Shown here: positions 39,183 to 53,960 of the stretch, piece after piece
Layout of the letters: each line of letters opens with the position of its first letter
Numbering within the stretch: the stretch's first letter is position 1
Assembly: GCF_009914755.1 (NCBI RefSeq)
Contig: NC_060925.1
Origin: the human T2T-CHM13v2.0 reference genome, Homo sapiens
Length of the DNA: 64,000 nucleotides
Reading direction: 5' to 3' (one strand)
Position numbers and translations under genes: made by a program
Notes under the pieces: generated by a model
What the model was told of the DNA's origin: nothing
Databases searched by the model: none
What the model saw: only the letters and a program-made list of their open reading frames with translations

Positions 39183-39629
39183 TGTCAGGCCTCTGAGCCC
39201 AAGCCAAGCCATCCTATCACCTGTGACTTGCACCTATACACCCAGATGGCCTGAAGTAACTGAAGAATCACAAAAGTGAATATGCCCTGCCCCACATTAA
39301 CTGATGACATTCCACCACAAAAGAAATGTAAATGGCCGGTCCTTGCCTTAAGTGATGACATTACCTTGTGAAAGTCCTTTTCCTGGCTCATCCTGGCTCA
39401 AAAAGCACCCCCACTGAGCACCTTGCGGCCCCCACTCCTGCCCACCAGAGAACAAACCCCCTTTGACTGTAATTTTCCTTTACCTACCCAAATCCTATAA
39501 AACGGCCCCACCCTTATCTCCCTTCCTGACTCTCTTCAGACTCAGCCCACCTGCACCCAGGTGAAATAAACAGCCATGTTGCTCACACAAAGCCTGTTTG
39601 GTGGTCTCTTCACACGGACGCACATGAAA
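39183..39629 (+). promoter_or_regulatory. 3' LTR7 with poly(A) signal
   Basis: 447 bp; preceded by polypurine tract AAGAAGGCAGGAA; AATAAA 39565-39570. Confidence 0.95.
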
Positions 39630-39634
39630 GCTAT

Positions 39635-39942
39635 CAGAGGCTGGGAAGGGTTGGCAGGATAGGGATAGACTTGTTAAAGGATACAAAAATTACAGCTAGA
39701 TAGGAGGAATAAGTTCTACTGTTCTGTAGCACTGTAAGATGACTATAGTTAATAATAATTTATTATATACTTTCAAATGCTAGAAAAGAGGATTTTGAAT
39801 GTTCCCAACACAAATAAATCATAAAACTTTGAGATAATGTGTATAATAATTACCCTGAGTTGATCACTTTACATTGCATGTATCTAAACATAACTATGTA
39901 CCCTAAAAATATTTAAAATTATCATGTGTCAATTTAAAAAAT
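39635..39942 (+). mobile_element. Host L1MA (MA4-6-like) 3'UTR end
   Basis: ggatacaaaaattacagctagataggaggaataagttc...gaggattttgaatgttcccaacacaaa...tgtcaatttaaaaaa. Confidence 0.88.
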
Positions 39943-41243
39943 TGAAATGGGGAAAAAAATCATCTCATGCTCAAATGACCCCAATGACTGCCATTTGTTT
40001 CCATAAACACCTGAAATCTATCCTCAGTTGCCATTTATAATTGCAGGAGCGTAGAACGTTTAGCAACAATCAATCAAACTGCTCTCATGAGAGAATGCTG
40101 AAAATCTTTTACTGAGACTCTTAACTCCATTCATTCACCATTTTGTGGCATCATGTAGTGAGATTAGATATAGTAACTCCTCAGGGTCTGAAACAAAATT
40201 AGCAAAAATAGTGTTTTTCTCTCTTATCTTTTCTGAGAATTTCATGGCAGTTTTTTAAAAAATTAATTATAAGGACATATTTAGGATATTCTGGCCACAT
40301 GCACTCTCAACTTACAAGTCCCTGGTCCATCATGGGACCATAAATATAAGGGATTAAAATATAATAATATTTAAAATAAGTAATTGTTTAATAAGGAAAT
40401 ATAGATATGTACCACCCTGCCCCCCCCCAAAAAAAAAAACAGAGTTCATTAGAGTGTGTGCCAATGATCCTAGTATGTTCTTGGCTGATAGAGAAGTCAC
40501 TGACAGGCATTCACAAGTGTCCCAAAGTGATATCAAGTGTGGATCAGTTTTCATAATTCCCAATACCCAAAGCAGATATTAAGTCATTCTAATTTGTTTC
40601 TTTTTTTCCTTAGCAACATACTCCCTTGGTCACATTCCATTTTAGTTTGCTGGATCATAAGAACAAAATGCAGGAATAAAAATTTAACATAAATCTGTAC
40701 CTAGATTTCTCAACAACCACCAAAACACAGCATATATTTTATTAAAAAGAAGATAAAGTTGTTGAACTATAAAGTTCGATTTGGGGAAGCAGAGTAGTGT
40801 TAATATAATTCTAATTGGATAGAGTCCTCTATTAAATATTTCCTTTAATTTCAGTAGGAAAAAAATCTTATCAATGCTTTTGATTATTATAAATTATTGG
40901 ATCTTTTAACACTCTTAGTATTGAAATGGGTGTAAACAGCACACAATGTGAAACTGGAAAGACAAGTATTAAATGAAAGGTTGATACAGCTAACAGTATG
41001 AGCACATGCATTAAAACTATTACAGAATTTACTGAGACCTATTAATGTATTGCTATTTAGTAACTCCTACATTTCTCATGTTAACTTTTATAAGGAAAAG
41101 ATCCTGGGCTTGTACCAAAAGTTACTATGAATTAATTTTAATTATATTGAGATGTGTGCTAAAAAGTGAGAATAGAATTACATTTGAAACTGCTGCAGTC
41201 TGCAGGCTGCCTCAGCAAGTTTCCAATGCAACTGAATATATTG

Positions 41244-41661
<418 letters not shown>

Positions 41662-41667
41662 TATGAG

Positions 41668-41960
41668 TATGTCCCAGATTTTAGCTGGGCATACTCAGAA
41701 TGTTGACATTTCCCAACTCTTTTTGCACCTATGTGTGGCCATGTGACTGAAAGCTGGCCTGTGTCAATGTGGAAGTGGCATAAGGCACCTTCCAGGAAGT
41801 TTTCTCAAGGACAGGGTGCTTCCCCTGCTTTATCCCTTTCTACTCTCTGGCTGGAATGTAGCCCTATTGGACCACCTGGTAAACTTGGAGATGAAGCCCA
41901 CACATACATAAGAAGGTAGCAAGGAAATAGAAGCCTGGATTCTTCCATGATCCTTCTTTG
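41668..41960 (+). mobile_element. Old ERVL LTR fragment (LTR16/LTR33-like)
   Basis: catttcccaactc...tgtggccatgtgact motif. Confidence 0.5.
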
Positions 41961-42558
41961 GATGATGTGAGGTAAAAATAAGGAACAGAAATACCAAGAA
42001 TAATATTTGAGAGATTTTTTATAGAGGGGAAATGAGAAATATAACCATATATAGGGTAATTAATTGCCTGAAATAATCTCTTCATTTCTGGTTTTATCTA
42101 AGATGTTTATTTCTTAACACAAAAATTAAAAAGTGCTATCTTACACCTTGTTCTGGATCACCCATCCCCAAATAATAACAAATATCTTATCAATAACAGT
42201 GTACCCTAGGTACAAAACATGACACCATTTCTAACTAATGAATTTCACATGCCCAAGCAAAAGTGAAACCATGGATTTGGGTTAAGCAAGAGGATGGTTG
42301 TCTATGCTGATAATGGTCTTGGAAGAAATAAATTCAGGGGATATTAGACAATAGTATCAAGCTATCCTAAAGGGGAAAAAAAACCAATGATAACTCTGTT
42401 CGGTAAAAATGCCTTTCATGAGAAAGACAGAAGGTAGTAAATATGGTCAAACAAGGAAATTGATCGTGAGGTTCACATAAGAAAACCCACTTGTCACATA
42501 ACACATTTTGAACCCCTGAATAAAAAGGGTACCAAATTAAAATTTTTTCTACAACTTC

Positions 42559-42919
42559 TGATATGATTTGGCTCTCTGTCCCCACCCAAATCTCATCTTG
42601 AATTGTACTCCCATAATTCCCACATGTTGTAGGAGGGACCTGGTGGGAGATTATTGAATCATGGAGGCAGTTTCCCCTATACTGTTCTCATGGTAGTGAA
42701 AAAGTCTCACAAGATCTAATGGTTTTACAAGGGGGTTCTGCTTCCACTTTTTTCTCTTCTTCTCTTGTCTGCTGCCATATGAGACATGGCTTTCACCTTC
42801 TACCATAATTGTAAGGCCTCCTCAGCCACACAGAACTGTGAGTCCATTAAACCTCTTTCTTTTGCAAATTGCCAATCTTCATTATGTCTTTATCAGCAGC
42901 GTAAAAACAAACTAATACA
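42559..42919 (+). mobile_element. THE1 MaLR solo LTR
   Basis: TGATATGATTTGGCTCTCTGTCCCCACCCAAATCTCATC...ACTAATACA. Confidence 0.9.
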
Positions 42920-44686
42920 TTCCAAAACCAATACATTTACCTTTTCTTCTCTGAATTAAGATTTTGTAATTTTTTTGATTCAAAAATAAGGGTGTTTCTC
43001 TTTCAATAATGAGCACTGTTACATATCTGTGTGAACACAAGAACGTAACAGAGAATGGACAATTGTTCATATTTAACTCTTTAGGTATTCACACTGAAAA
43101 TGGCAAAGAACATGTTTCAAAATTCCTTTCCCCAAGATGCTTAGGTCTCAATATTACAGGACACCTATGTCTCCACCTATCTCACTAACTTCTATTCTCA
43201 GAAATGCATAAGACTTTGAAACATTACACTATCAGCTGTCCTTACAAGAAAAATAGATTAAAGTCTAGAAAAGAGGTAAGTATATTTGGTCTTTTGTACA
43301 TGGAAGTGGTATACAGATTTCTGGAAAGTGGAATGACATTTTTAAAATGCCTTCACAGAGAGGAGCAATCAAATTACAAAACATCTTGATACCTGGGTGA
43401 AAATAAAGACTCCAAAATAAAACCAATATGCCTGTGTATCAAAGAGAATGCACCTGTGATAAAAGTGCCTGTGTGTTGTGCATGAGTGGTAAAAAAAAAA
43501 AAAAAAAAGGCAGGAAAGGTGAAGGTATGTAACCAAATTTCTACCTCTGCATTTCAGGCACAGCTCACAAGAACTTGGTTTTGCTTCTAACAGTTAGAGT
43601 TAGAGAAGAGATGTACAAGTGCAATCAACTACCACAGGTACAGACCTAATACAATTAAACATGGTCTATTATTAAATACTATTGAACACAATAGATTGAG
43701 TAGCTTTGTTACTGGAAGATGATTGCTACTTGGAAGACTCAATGACAGGAATAATCAAATGCCCTAAAATATGCCTAGATGATAACAACAAAACCCAAAC
43801 CCAGCTCAGTTTCTGACTAGATTGACTCAATTCCCATGCAAAAGGTTTAGCAAGTGGTATTACAAATCTCATGCTCCTATTCCATTTACTTCAGTCTCTA
43901 GATTCCTACACAAGATAAATGACATGCACGCAAAACCTACAAAATACATGAGGAAGGAATAAACAAAAACACTGTGTCAAAAGACAAAATAATCAGCAAA
44001 ACCAGGTTCAGACATGACCCAAGTGTGTAAATATTAGGCAGGGAATTTAAAATAACTATGCTTAAACTGTCGAAGATGCTAATGGAAGAGGTGGGAACAC
44101 CACCTGAACTTATGAGAATTTCAGCAGAGAGATGGAAACTATAAGAAAAAATAAAAGGAAATGCTAGAAGTAAAAAATAAAGTAACAGAAGAAGAATGCT
44201 TTTAACAAATTTATTGGTAGACTCAACACAGCTGATGGAAAAAAAAAATTGGTGAACTTTAAAAGAGGTCAGTAGAAATCACCCGAATTGAAACACAAAG
44301 AGAAAAGGTGAGGTAAAAAAGGAACAGAACATTCAAGAGCAGTGGAACAAAATCAAATATACATATAATTTAAATCCTAGTAGGAAAATAAAGATATAAC
44401 AGGGGCATTTGCTGTGAATTTTCCAAACCTAATGAAATATACAAAACCATAGACACACTTAACACATCCATGAAGATAGATTAAAACTGTCAAAAACCAA
44501 AGAGAAAGAGGAAATTTTGAAGGAATGTAGAGAAAAAAAATTACATATGGATCAGTAAAAATAAGAATTATAGCAGACTTTGTGTCAGAAATCATGCAAG
44601 CCAGAAGGCACTGGAATGACACCTTTCAAGTATTGAAAGAAAAAGAAAAGGAAAAAAACCCTGTCAACCAGGTATTCTAGACCTAA

Positions 44687-46159
<1,473 letters not shown>

Positions 46160-46650
46160 GAAAGAAAAAGAAAAGGAAAAAAACGCTGTCAACCAGGTAT
46201 TCTAGACCTAATTAAAATATCTTTCAAAACTAAAGCAAAAATACTTTTTCAGACATGTAGAAAGAGACAAATTGTTACCATCAGACAAGTACTATAATAA
46301 AATGTTAAAGATAGTTCTTCAGGAAGCATGAATACAATGCCAGACAAAAACCAGGAGCTATACAAAGAAATAAAAAATGCTGAAATTGAGACAAATAAAG
46401 ATGAATATTAAATTTATTTTTCTTATTTTTAAAAGTTCTGGAAGACAGTTGGCTCTCTAAAGCAAAAAAAAATAGTAACAGTGAATTGTACATTTATGGT
46501 GCACGTAAAGTAAAATATATGTTAACAATAGCACAAAGAATTAGAAAAAATGAGAATATACTGTTGTAAGGTCTTTACATTATTTTAACCTGTATAATAT
46601 AATTTAAAGGTAGTGTATAATTGATTAAATATATGTAGTAAATACTAGAG

Positions 46651-47045
46651 TGTCTTAGTTCATTTTGTGTTGCTATAACAGAACACCACAGACTGGGTAA
46701 TTTATAAAGAAAAGAAATGTATTTTCACAGTTCTAGAGACTGGGAAGTCCAATATCAAGGCGCCAGTATCTGGTGAGGGCCTTCTTGCTGCATCATTTCA
46801 TGGCAGATGAGAGGATAAGAGAAGGTGAGAGAGAGAAAAAGGCCAAGAGGGGGCCAAATTCATATTTTTAACAAGCTCACTTTCTAAATAACTAACTCAA
46901 TCCTGTGATAACAACATTAATCTATTCATGAGGGTAGAGCCCTTATAACCTAATCACCTTTTATTAGGTTCCACCTCTCACATTATTGCATTGGGGATTA
47001 AGCTTTTAACACACAAAGTTTAAGCGACACATTCAAACCACAGTA
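46651..47045 (-). mobile_element. MST (MSTC/D-like) MaLR LTR
   Basis: tgtcttagttcattttgtgttgctataacagaacaccacagactgggtaatt...acacattcaaacca. Confidence 0.85.
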
Positions 47046-47474
47046 AAAAGTATAGGTAATAAGCTAAATATAAAAAGCATATAAGAATTTTATGAAGTCA
47101 TAAGAAATCCTCACTCCAAAGGAAATCAAAAGGTTGGGGGAAAAAAAGATAGAAAACAACTAGCAAGATAACAGATTTTAGTACAAGCCTGTCAACAATT
47201 ATACTAATTGCAAACAGTCTAAACATATGAATTAAATGAACATGTTGGATTGGATAACAGAAGCAAGGCCCATTTACATAGAAGATATAGATAGGTTAAA
47301 GTAAAAGGATGTTAAAGATATACCTTGAAACACTAATCAAAGGAAAGTTGAGCTGGCTATAATAATATTACACAAATTAGACTTCAGAAGAAGACACTCT
47401 ATCAGAAATAGAGTTTTACATAATGTTATTATAGCCACCTCAACTTTCCTTTCCCTCACTTAAAAGGCTCATGC

Positions 47475-47915
47475 TTTTTTTTTAACTTTTATTTTAGGTT
47501 CAGGGGTACATGTGCAGGTTTGTCATATAGGTAAACTCGTGTTATGGGTTTGTTGTACAAATTATTTTGTCTAGGTACTAAGGCTAATACTCAATAGTGA
47601 TTTTTCTGCTCCTCTCCTTCCTCCCACCCTCCACCCTGTGGCAGGCCCCACAGTCTGTTGTTCCCCTCTTTGTGACCACATGTTCTCATCATTTAGTTCC
47701 CACTTATATGTGAGAACATACAGCACTTGGTTTTCTGTTTCTGGGCTAGTTTGCTAAGGATAATGGCCTCTATCTCCATATTCCTGCAAAGGACATTATC
47801 TCATTCTTTTTTATGTCTGCACAGTATTCTATGGTGTATATCTATTACATTTTCTTTATCCAGTCTACCATTGATGGGCATTTAGGTTGATTCCATGTCT
47901 TTGTTATTGTGAATA
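47475..47915 (-). mobile_element. L1PA (older, PA13-16-like) 3' end, antisense
   Basis: ttttaggttcaggggtacatgtgcaggtttg...gggcatttaggttgattccatgtc. Confidence 0.88.
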
Positions 47916-48099
47916 AGCACTAAATAATTAAAAAAGAAGAAAACCTCAAATCAATGATCCACACTTTCAATTTTAGAAACTAGAAAAAGTAGACCAAAAT
48001 AATCTCAAACCAAACATAAGAAAATAACAAGTAAAAGAGCAGAAATCAATGGAATTGAGGACAACAACAGCAAAAAGACAAAATAGATAAAACCAAAAG

Positions 48100-48561
48100 T
48101 GATCAGCAGGAAACAGCCAGCATAGTTTCCTGGCACCTCCATTGCATGATTTGTAGCAACATACTCCTAGTAAGATACCTCCTCATTCGCATCTTTTCTT
48201 GGAACCCTAGCTTCAGATTTCCAGCAAGTTCCACCTGTGCAGCACCCCCCAGTGAGTTCTCCACCATCTAGTTACTCATAACTGTGTCCTCCAACAAGGT
48301 TTGTGTCTCACCCCCAGGGGTTGGGGCAAGGGGCAGGCTCTTTTTTGGATGTTCTATCTCAGCCCTGGAAGTAGTAGCTGCTTCTTATATGTGCTATTCT
48401 GTATTCTTTAAACTTCTGTTTCCTTTATATTAATTAACCCTTTATTACTCCAAACCCCATTACTCCAGATTATTATACTTAACAATTCTATATATTTAAC
48501 TTTGTTCAAATTACTTATCACTGTGCAGTTTCTGTCTCCTGATTGGACATAGACTGATACA
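48100..48561 (+). mobile_element. ERVL-type LTR fragment, family uncertain
   Basis: Ends tttctgtctcctgattggacatagactgataca, an ERVL LTR-like terminus. Confidence 0.45.
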
Positions 48562-51190
48562 ATTACACATTATTCTTTTTCAGACTCAGTGATTTGAACA
48601 TCATATGGAAAGCTTTTAACTACCCTCCTTCTAAAGATCTTCAAGCCACCTCACTGCAGTTCCTATGTTCAACCCCACTCTAAAGAAGAAGTGGGGAGTC
48701 TATTTTAATTTTCTTGTCATACAGGAAATTGCCAACATAGCATCTGCATATAATACACCTAAAGAGGCTCGTATCTTTTTCTCCTTGAATAGAAGGTGTA
48801 ATAGAGCACTTGTGCCTTCCATCAATTATTCATTAAATCTCTCCCATGAGATGAGCCAGTTAGGAGAAAAGAATTGTTCAATACAGGAATAAAGTTTCCA
48901 TTGATAGAAAAGCCCAATAGGAGAGCCAAAATCTTGATTTCTCATTTCACATGCCACCTAAGACTTCATTACAAGACTGCATTTCTTTCCAAATTAAAAA
49001 AAAAACAAATAAGTAAAACTCTGTGCATTTCCAAAATCCCATGTAATTTTTCATACTCTTAATATTTTAATATCATATACTTTTCTACTTAGAGGCTTAT
49101 TCCTTCCATGTCTCTAATTAGTATATGTTAGGAGATGAGAATACCATCTACAATAATTAAAAGAATAGAAAAAAGGATACAATAATTTGCTTTTCATGTG
49201 TTTATTCATTTGTAATCAACAGATTTGGAAAAAGAAACGGCAAAATCCCTGAACTATAGACTCCAGGTAAGAAAAAGAATTTGAATCCATTTATTCACAT
49301 CATTCACCAATACTTGAATACCCCACAGCACTCTCACCTCTGTAAATATCTCACATTATGGGAAACTCAGTATCAACATGATAGTTCATCCTATATATGG
49401 ACAACTTATTGTTAGAAAGTTCTCCCATTTATGTTGAACTATTATGTTGCTCTATTAGCATTGTTCCTAGTTTTGTTCCTTGGGTTCATGGGGAATGTGC
49501 TGTGCCAAGTGTTTCAAATATCTAGACCTCTGCCATGTTCCCCTTGCTACACTCTGCATTTTTGGTAATGAAGAACTTTAGCCCACTCTGTAAACAAGAT
49601 TCCTGAAACAAAGATAGTAATTCTAATCAATAATGATATGAGACAAAGATTTCCTCACCCACCTCCACGTAATTACAAAAGATTATTAAAGAGGCTAAAC
49701 ACCCAGGTCCAACTTCACAAGAGTCTGAGAGAAGTAAAACTAAACCATCTGTCCAGAATTTCTTCTGACCAGGAGCCAACTCAGCTCAGAAGTACTTCCT
49801 TCTTCCCAGAGCACTCCCTTAGAATACCAGAACCTGTGAGATCTCTGCACTTCTGGAGAATGAGCCTCTGATCCCAGGATCTGGCCAATTTTTTCACAAA
49901 GGACTTGGCAGTATATGGCTATCTTGTTGAATATGAGATGTGAAGGAAGATATTTTATACTTACTTTCTCCAATGACAGGTAAATGCTGACAGCATTCTG
50001 TTTATAGTAGCTGGTTAGGATACAGACAAAAGGTTAAAGCTCAAGTTCGAAGACCCAGCATTTTTCATAGACCCAGTATTTTTTCACCAAGGGAGTGGCC
50101 ACCACATGCTAAAATATACATTCAGTTTTACACCAGCTAAGAAGAGATGAAAAGATTCCAGGTCTCATGGAAAAAATGACTGAAAAACAGCATCAATGGA
50201 ATCTGGAATTTAGAGCTCACAGATGGGGCCTTGCATATTAATCTTGGTTCTGGGAAATACAGGCTCCAATCATTTGCCCTCAAACCCACAAGGTAATCAT
50301 TATTTCTTCCTTTTAAAATGTCTAAATGTTAATTAATATTACATTGTGTACACTATTTAAGGTAGCATACGCATCTCAAAGGAAGTTCAAAATTGAAGAT
50401 ACCCACTAGTTATGTTCACTCTGTGACAGAATGTCTTGAACTCCAAACACAATTGTAAGCACCAAGTGTACAGATGATATCAAAACCTAAAGCTGGGCTA
50501 GATTACGGAAATAATATCAACTCTGTGAATGAGCTCCTCCTTTACATTGGAAGGAAGGGGCAATATGTTTCAATAGAAGATAGCAGATGCTAAGGGCCAA
50601 AATAGCTACGTACACAAAAAGAGAGATATGTCCTTGGAGGATCCAGCAGATGAGGAAAGCTTCCCAGAGAATGTAGCCCTTAAGCTGTACCCACGAAGGA
50701 AAAGTAAGATATAAATAAATGAAAAGGAGATTACAGGGCATTTCAGGTGGTAGGAATGGTGTGATTAAAAAATGGAGAAGCAGGATATGCAAAGCATCTC
50801 CATTGAACAATTTGTACCGTTGGACTGGAAAGGATTCAGGAAGCGAAAAGCATAAAAGGCAGATAAGTCAGAAGCAGAGGGTAAAGGGTCTTAAAATGCT
50901 TAAAACGATAACGAAAATTTCAGTTTGCTAGGAACAGTAAAGTTCCCATAAAGAAGAGTTTTTTTACCATGACATTGTTTGGAGCTGCTGGTTCATGGTG
51001 ATTATAAAAAGTAGACTGATTTTAGTTGACATTGTTAGTATTTTTAAACTCTCTAGGGACAATGCATCTCCTTTTTACCTGCACATAGGGACTGACTACT
51101 GCTCCCATGTTCCTCTCGTTATCCTACTGATTTAGAAAAAGTTACAAAAACTTTCCTTTGATATATGATGTTCGTATTTGACATGGTTAA

Positions 51191-51193
<3 letters not shown>

Positions 51194-51236
<43 letters not shown>
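51194..51236. repeat. (TC)n microsatellite, ~21 units
   Basis: Direct reading. Confidence 0.95.
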
Positions 51237-51240
<4 letters not shown>

Positions 51241-51279
51241 GTACCTACAATATCCTTGCTAGGAAGGGCTAAGTCTTTA

Positions 51280-51465
51280 ACATACATTATCTCCCTTAAT
51301 CCTAAAACAATCCCGTAACTATTAATGTTCCCACTTCATAAATGAGGAAACAGAGCTTAGAGAAAGAAGCTACTTGGCTTGCCCAAGTTCACGCAGCCGA
51401 CACGTAGGAACACAGAGTCAAATTCAGGTATTTCTGGTACTACATTGCATGTCTATAACCAGTTT
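51280..51465 (-). mobile_element. MIR
   Basis: cttaatcctaaaacaatccc...aatgaggaaacagagcttagaga. Confidence 0.7.
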
Positions 51466-52256
51466 CTCTATCTTAGTTCTCATCAATAATTAGTAGTTTT
51501 GCTACTATTTACAACATATTTGTATCATGTTTTTAACATTGCTCATGGAGTTTTTCTCACACATTCTATGCTGCCACCATCTGGTCTCTTATAAAACTTT
51601 CAAGCTTTTCTTCTGGAGTCATTCTCAGTCTTATCAGAGTTTTGCATTCCCTTGAAAGAGGGCTGAAATTGGTGTGGACTGGATTTATATAGCTTGAAAA
51701 TTCTTCATCTTATCAATATACTCCCCTTTACTCATCTGCAATGTGTAAGGGTCATAAAAGATTAAAATGGAAATTAATTGGCTAATGAAATTGTATTGGC
51801 AAAACAGAAATTCATAGCAAATCAGCCACTGTGCAAAAATGCTGCTGAGGGGATATGTCAATTCCAGATTCAGAGTACAAAGAGAGTTTGATGCACTTTT
51901 CCCTTGGTTAACTGTGAAAGCCTCGCATTAATGAGTAAGGAAAGGTAGGCAAAGAGGAGCAAATCAATTAGGTCGTATAGAAGAGACTGAAAGGGCAGGG
52001 AAGGAACCAGGAGAGATTTAGTGCTTAAGTCATCAGTTTCTAAAAGGCTGATGGCCATAATCCTATGAAAAATAAAACATGTTCACATTTGTAAGAACAA
52101 TGAAACCGTTGCCAAGTCCTTACTAACATCTGGTTTCTTCTGCCCAGTTTCTATCTACCACCAACCACTGATTGTATTAAATGAGATTCTCCCTCATGTG
52201 AGAGGCAGGGGAGAGAAAAAAAAGGATGCATGATAGGAAGACAACATGTTGATGTA

Positions 52257-52720
52257 TGTATTTGTCTATCTTGCATTGCTGTTAAGGAATACCTGAGACT
52301 GGGTAACTTAGAAAAGAAATTTATTTGGCTCATGTTTCTGCAGGCTGTACATGCATGGCACCAGCATCTGCTCAGCTTCTGGTGAGGCCTCAGGAAGCTT
52401 TAAATCAGGTGGAAGGCAAAAGGGAAGCAGATGTGTCACAGGTGAGAGAGCAAGAGAGAGAGGAGGTGCTGGGCTCCTTTATTTTATTTTTATTTTTTAT
52501 TTTTTCACTGAAAGTAATCAAGAAACTGGCTCCTTCCAACAACCAGCTCCCACATGAACTAACAGAGCAAGAACTCATTTGTTACCATGGGGAGGGCACC
52601 AAGCCATTCATAAGGGATCTGTCCCCATGATCCAAACACCTCCCACCAGACCCTACATCCGACATTAGGGATCACATTTCAACATGAAATTTGGTGGGGA
52701 CAGATATCCAAACTACATCA
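52257..52720 (-). mobile_element. MSTA/MSTB MaLR LTR
   Basis: gcattgctgttaaggaatacctgagactggg...ggtgaggcctcaggaagctt...cacatttcaacatga...tccaaactacatca. Confidence 0.88.
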
Positions 52721-52914
52721 ACATGGAAGGAAGGAGAAAACAGGGAGACTGTAGTTCTGTGTTCTGATGTGCCTCACCATCCTCCACCTGTTTGTGAATA
52801 GTTAAATCAGTTGATCTTAAAGTGCCTTTGCAGTTCCCACACCTTGGTGCCCTTGTTAAGAGTATAACCTTAATACCATATTGAGATTATGGGAATATTG
52901 AGGATGAAAAATAA

Positions 52915-53250
52915 GACAACAGGTGTTTAGTGCCTACTACTTTCCAGGCACCATGTAAGGTACTTCAAACCCACTGTATCATTTAATTGGTCTTCACAGT
53001 AGCCCTATGAAATAAAGATCATTATGCCTGACCTGGCTCTTACTGTGTGTCAAGCCCTATTCTAAATACTTTAATCAATTAATATTCACCACAACCCTAT
53101 GAGAGTAGGAACTGTCACTGACCCCATTTTCTAGATGAGAGATCTGTGGCCCCGAGAGGTTAAATAACTTACCCAATAGTACACAGTAAATGTGGAGCTG
53201 TTCAGCTCCATTTGGTTGCAGAGTCCATGCTCTTAAGCAGTACTATACTC
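52915..53250 (-). mobile_element. Two adjacent MIR fragments
   Basis: gtgcctactactttccaggcac; cacaaccctatgagagtagg...ccccattttctagatgag. Confidence 0.7.
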
Positions 53251-53565
53251 TAACTTCTCTTCAATACACACATACACCCTCACATACAGGTATGCACACG
53301 TGTCCATGCAACCTGACTTCTTACACACAAGTACATGGAGCCATAGGGAAAGTAGATTCAGAGTTCAGATGAACCAGGATGCATCACATTCTCAGTATCC
53401 ATTGCAACACTCTCTCTCTATCTACCTGACAAGGAGTCAGAGGAAATAAACCAGGTGACAGAGAAGCTGACTACGATAACATTTACAACTGCCAGGGCTT
53501 GGAATTCATACAACCTCTTAGAGGACAGAGATTGGCCTTAGAATTTCCATAGCTATAGCTGTAAC

Positions 53566-53960
53566 TGTATTATAATAGCTTGCTCAGGTTACCATAACAA
53601 AGTACCACAGACTGGTTGGCTTAAATAAGAAATTGTTTTCTCACAGCCCTGGAAGACAGAAGTCTGAGATCAAGGTATTGGCAAAGTTGTTGTCTTTTGA
53701 GGCCCTCTCTCTGTCTTGAAGATGGCTGTCTTCTCCCGTTGTTTCCACATGGTTTTTCCTCTGTTTATGTCTGTTTCCTAATCTCCTCTTCTTATGAAGA
53801 CAACAGTCATATTGGATTAGGACCCACCCTAATGACCTCATTTTAACTTAATTATCTCCTTAAAGACCCTGTCTCCAAACACAGTCACATTCTGTTCTGA
53901 AGTACTGGGTGTTAAGAAATCAACATGTGAATTTAGAGGTATACAGTTCAACTCTTAACA
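53566..53960 (-). mobile_element. MLT1 (A-C, probably MLT1B) LTR
   Basis: ccataacaaagtaccacagactgg...cattggattaggacccaccctaatgacctcattttaactt. Confidence 0.85.

Larger units (their letters stand above)
33771..39629 (+). mobile_element. HERV-H provirus, two LTRs, common internally deleted ~5.8-kb type
   Basis: TGTCAGG...TGAAA LTRs at both ends, 5-bp TSD GCTAT (33766-33770 and 39630-39634), PBS, gag/pro/pol remnants, env largely absent. Confidence 0.97.
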
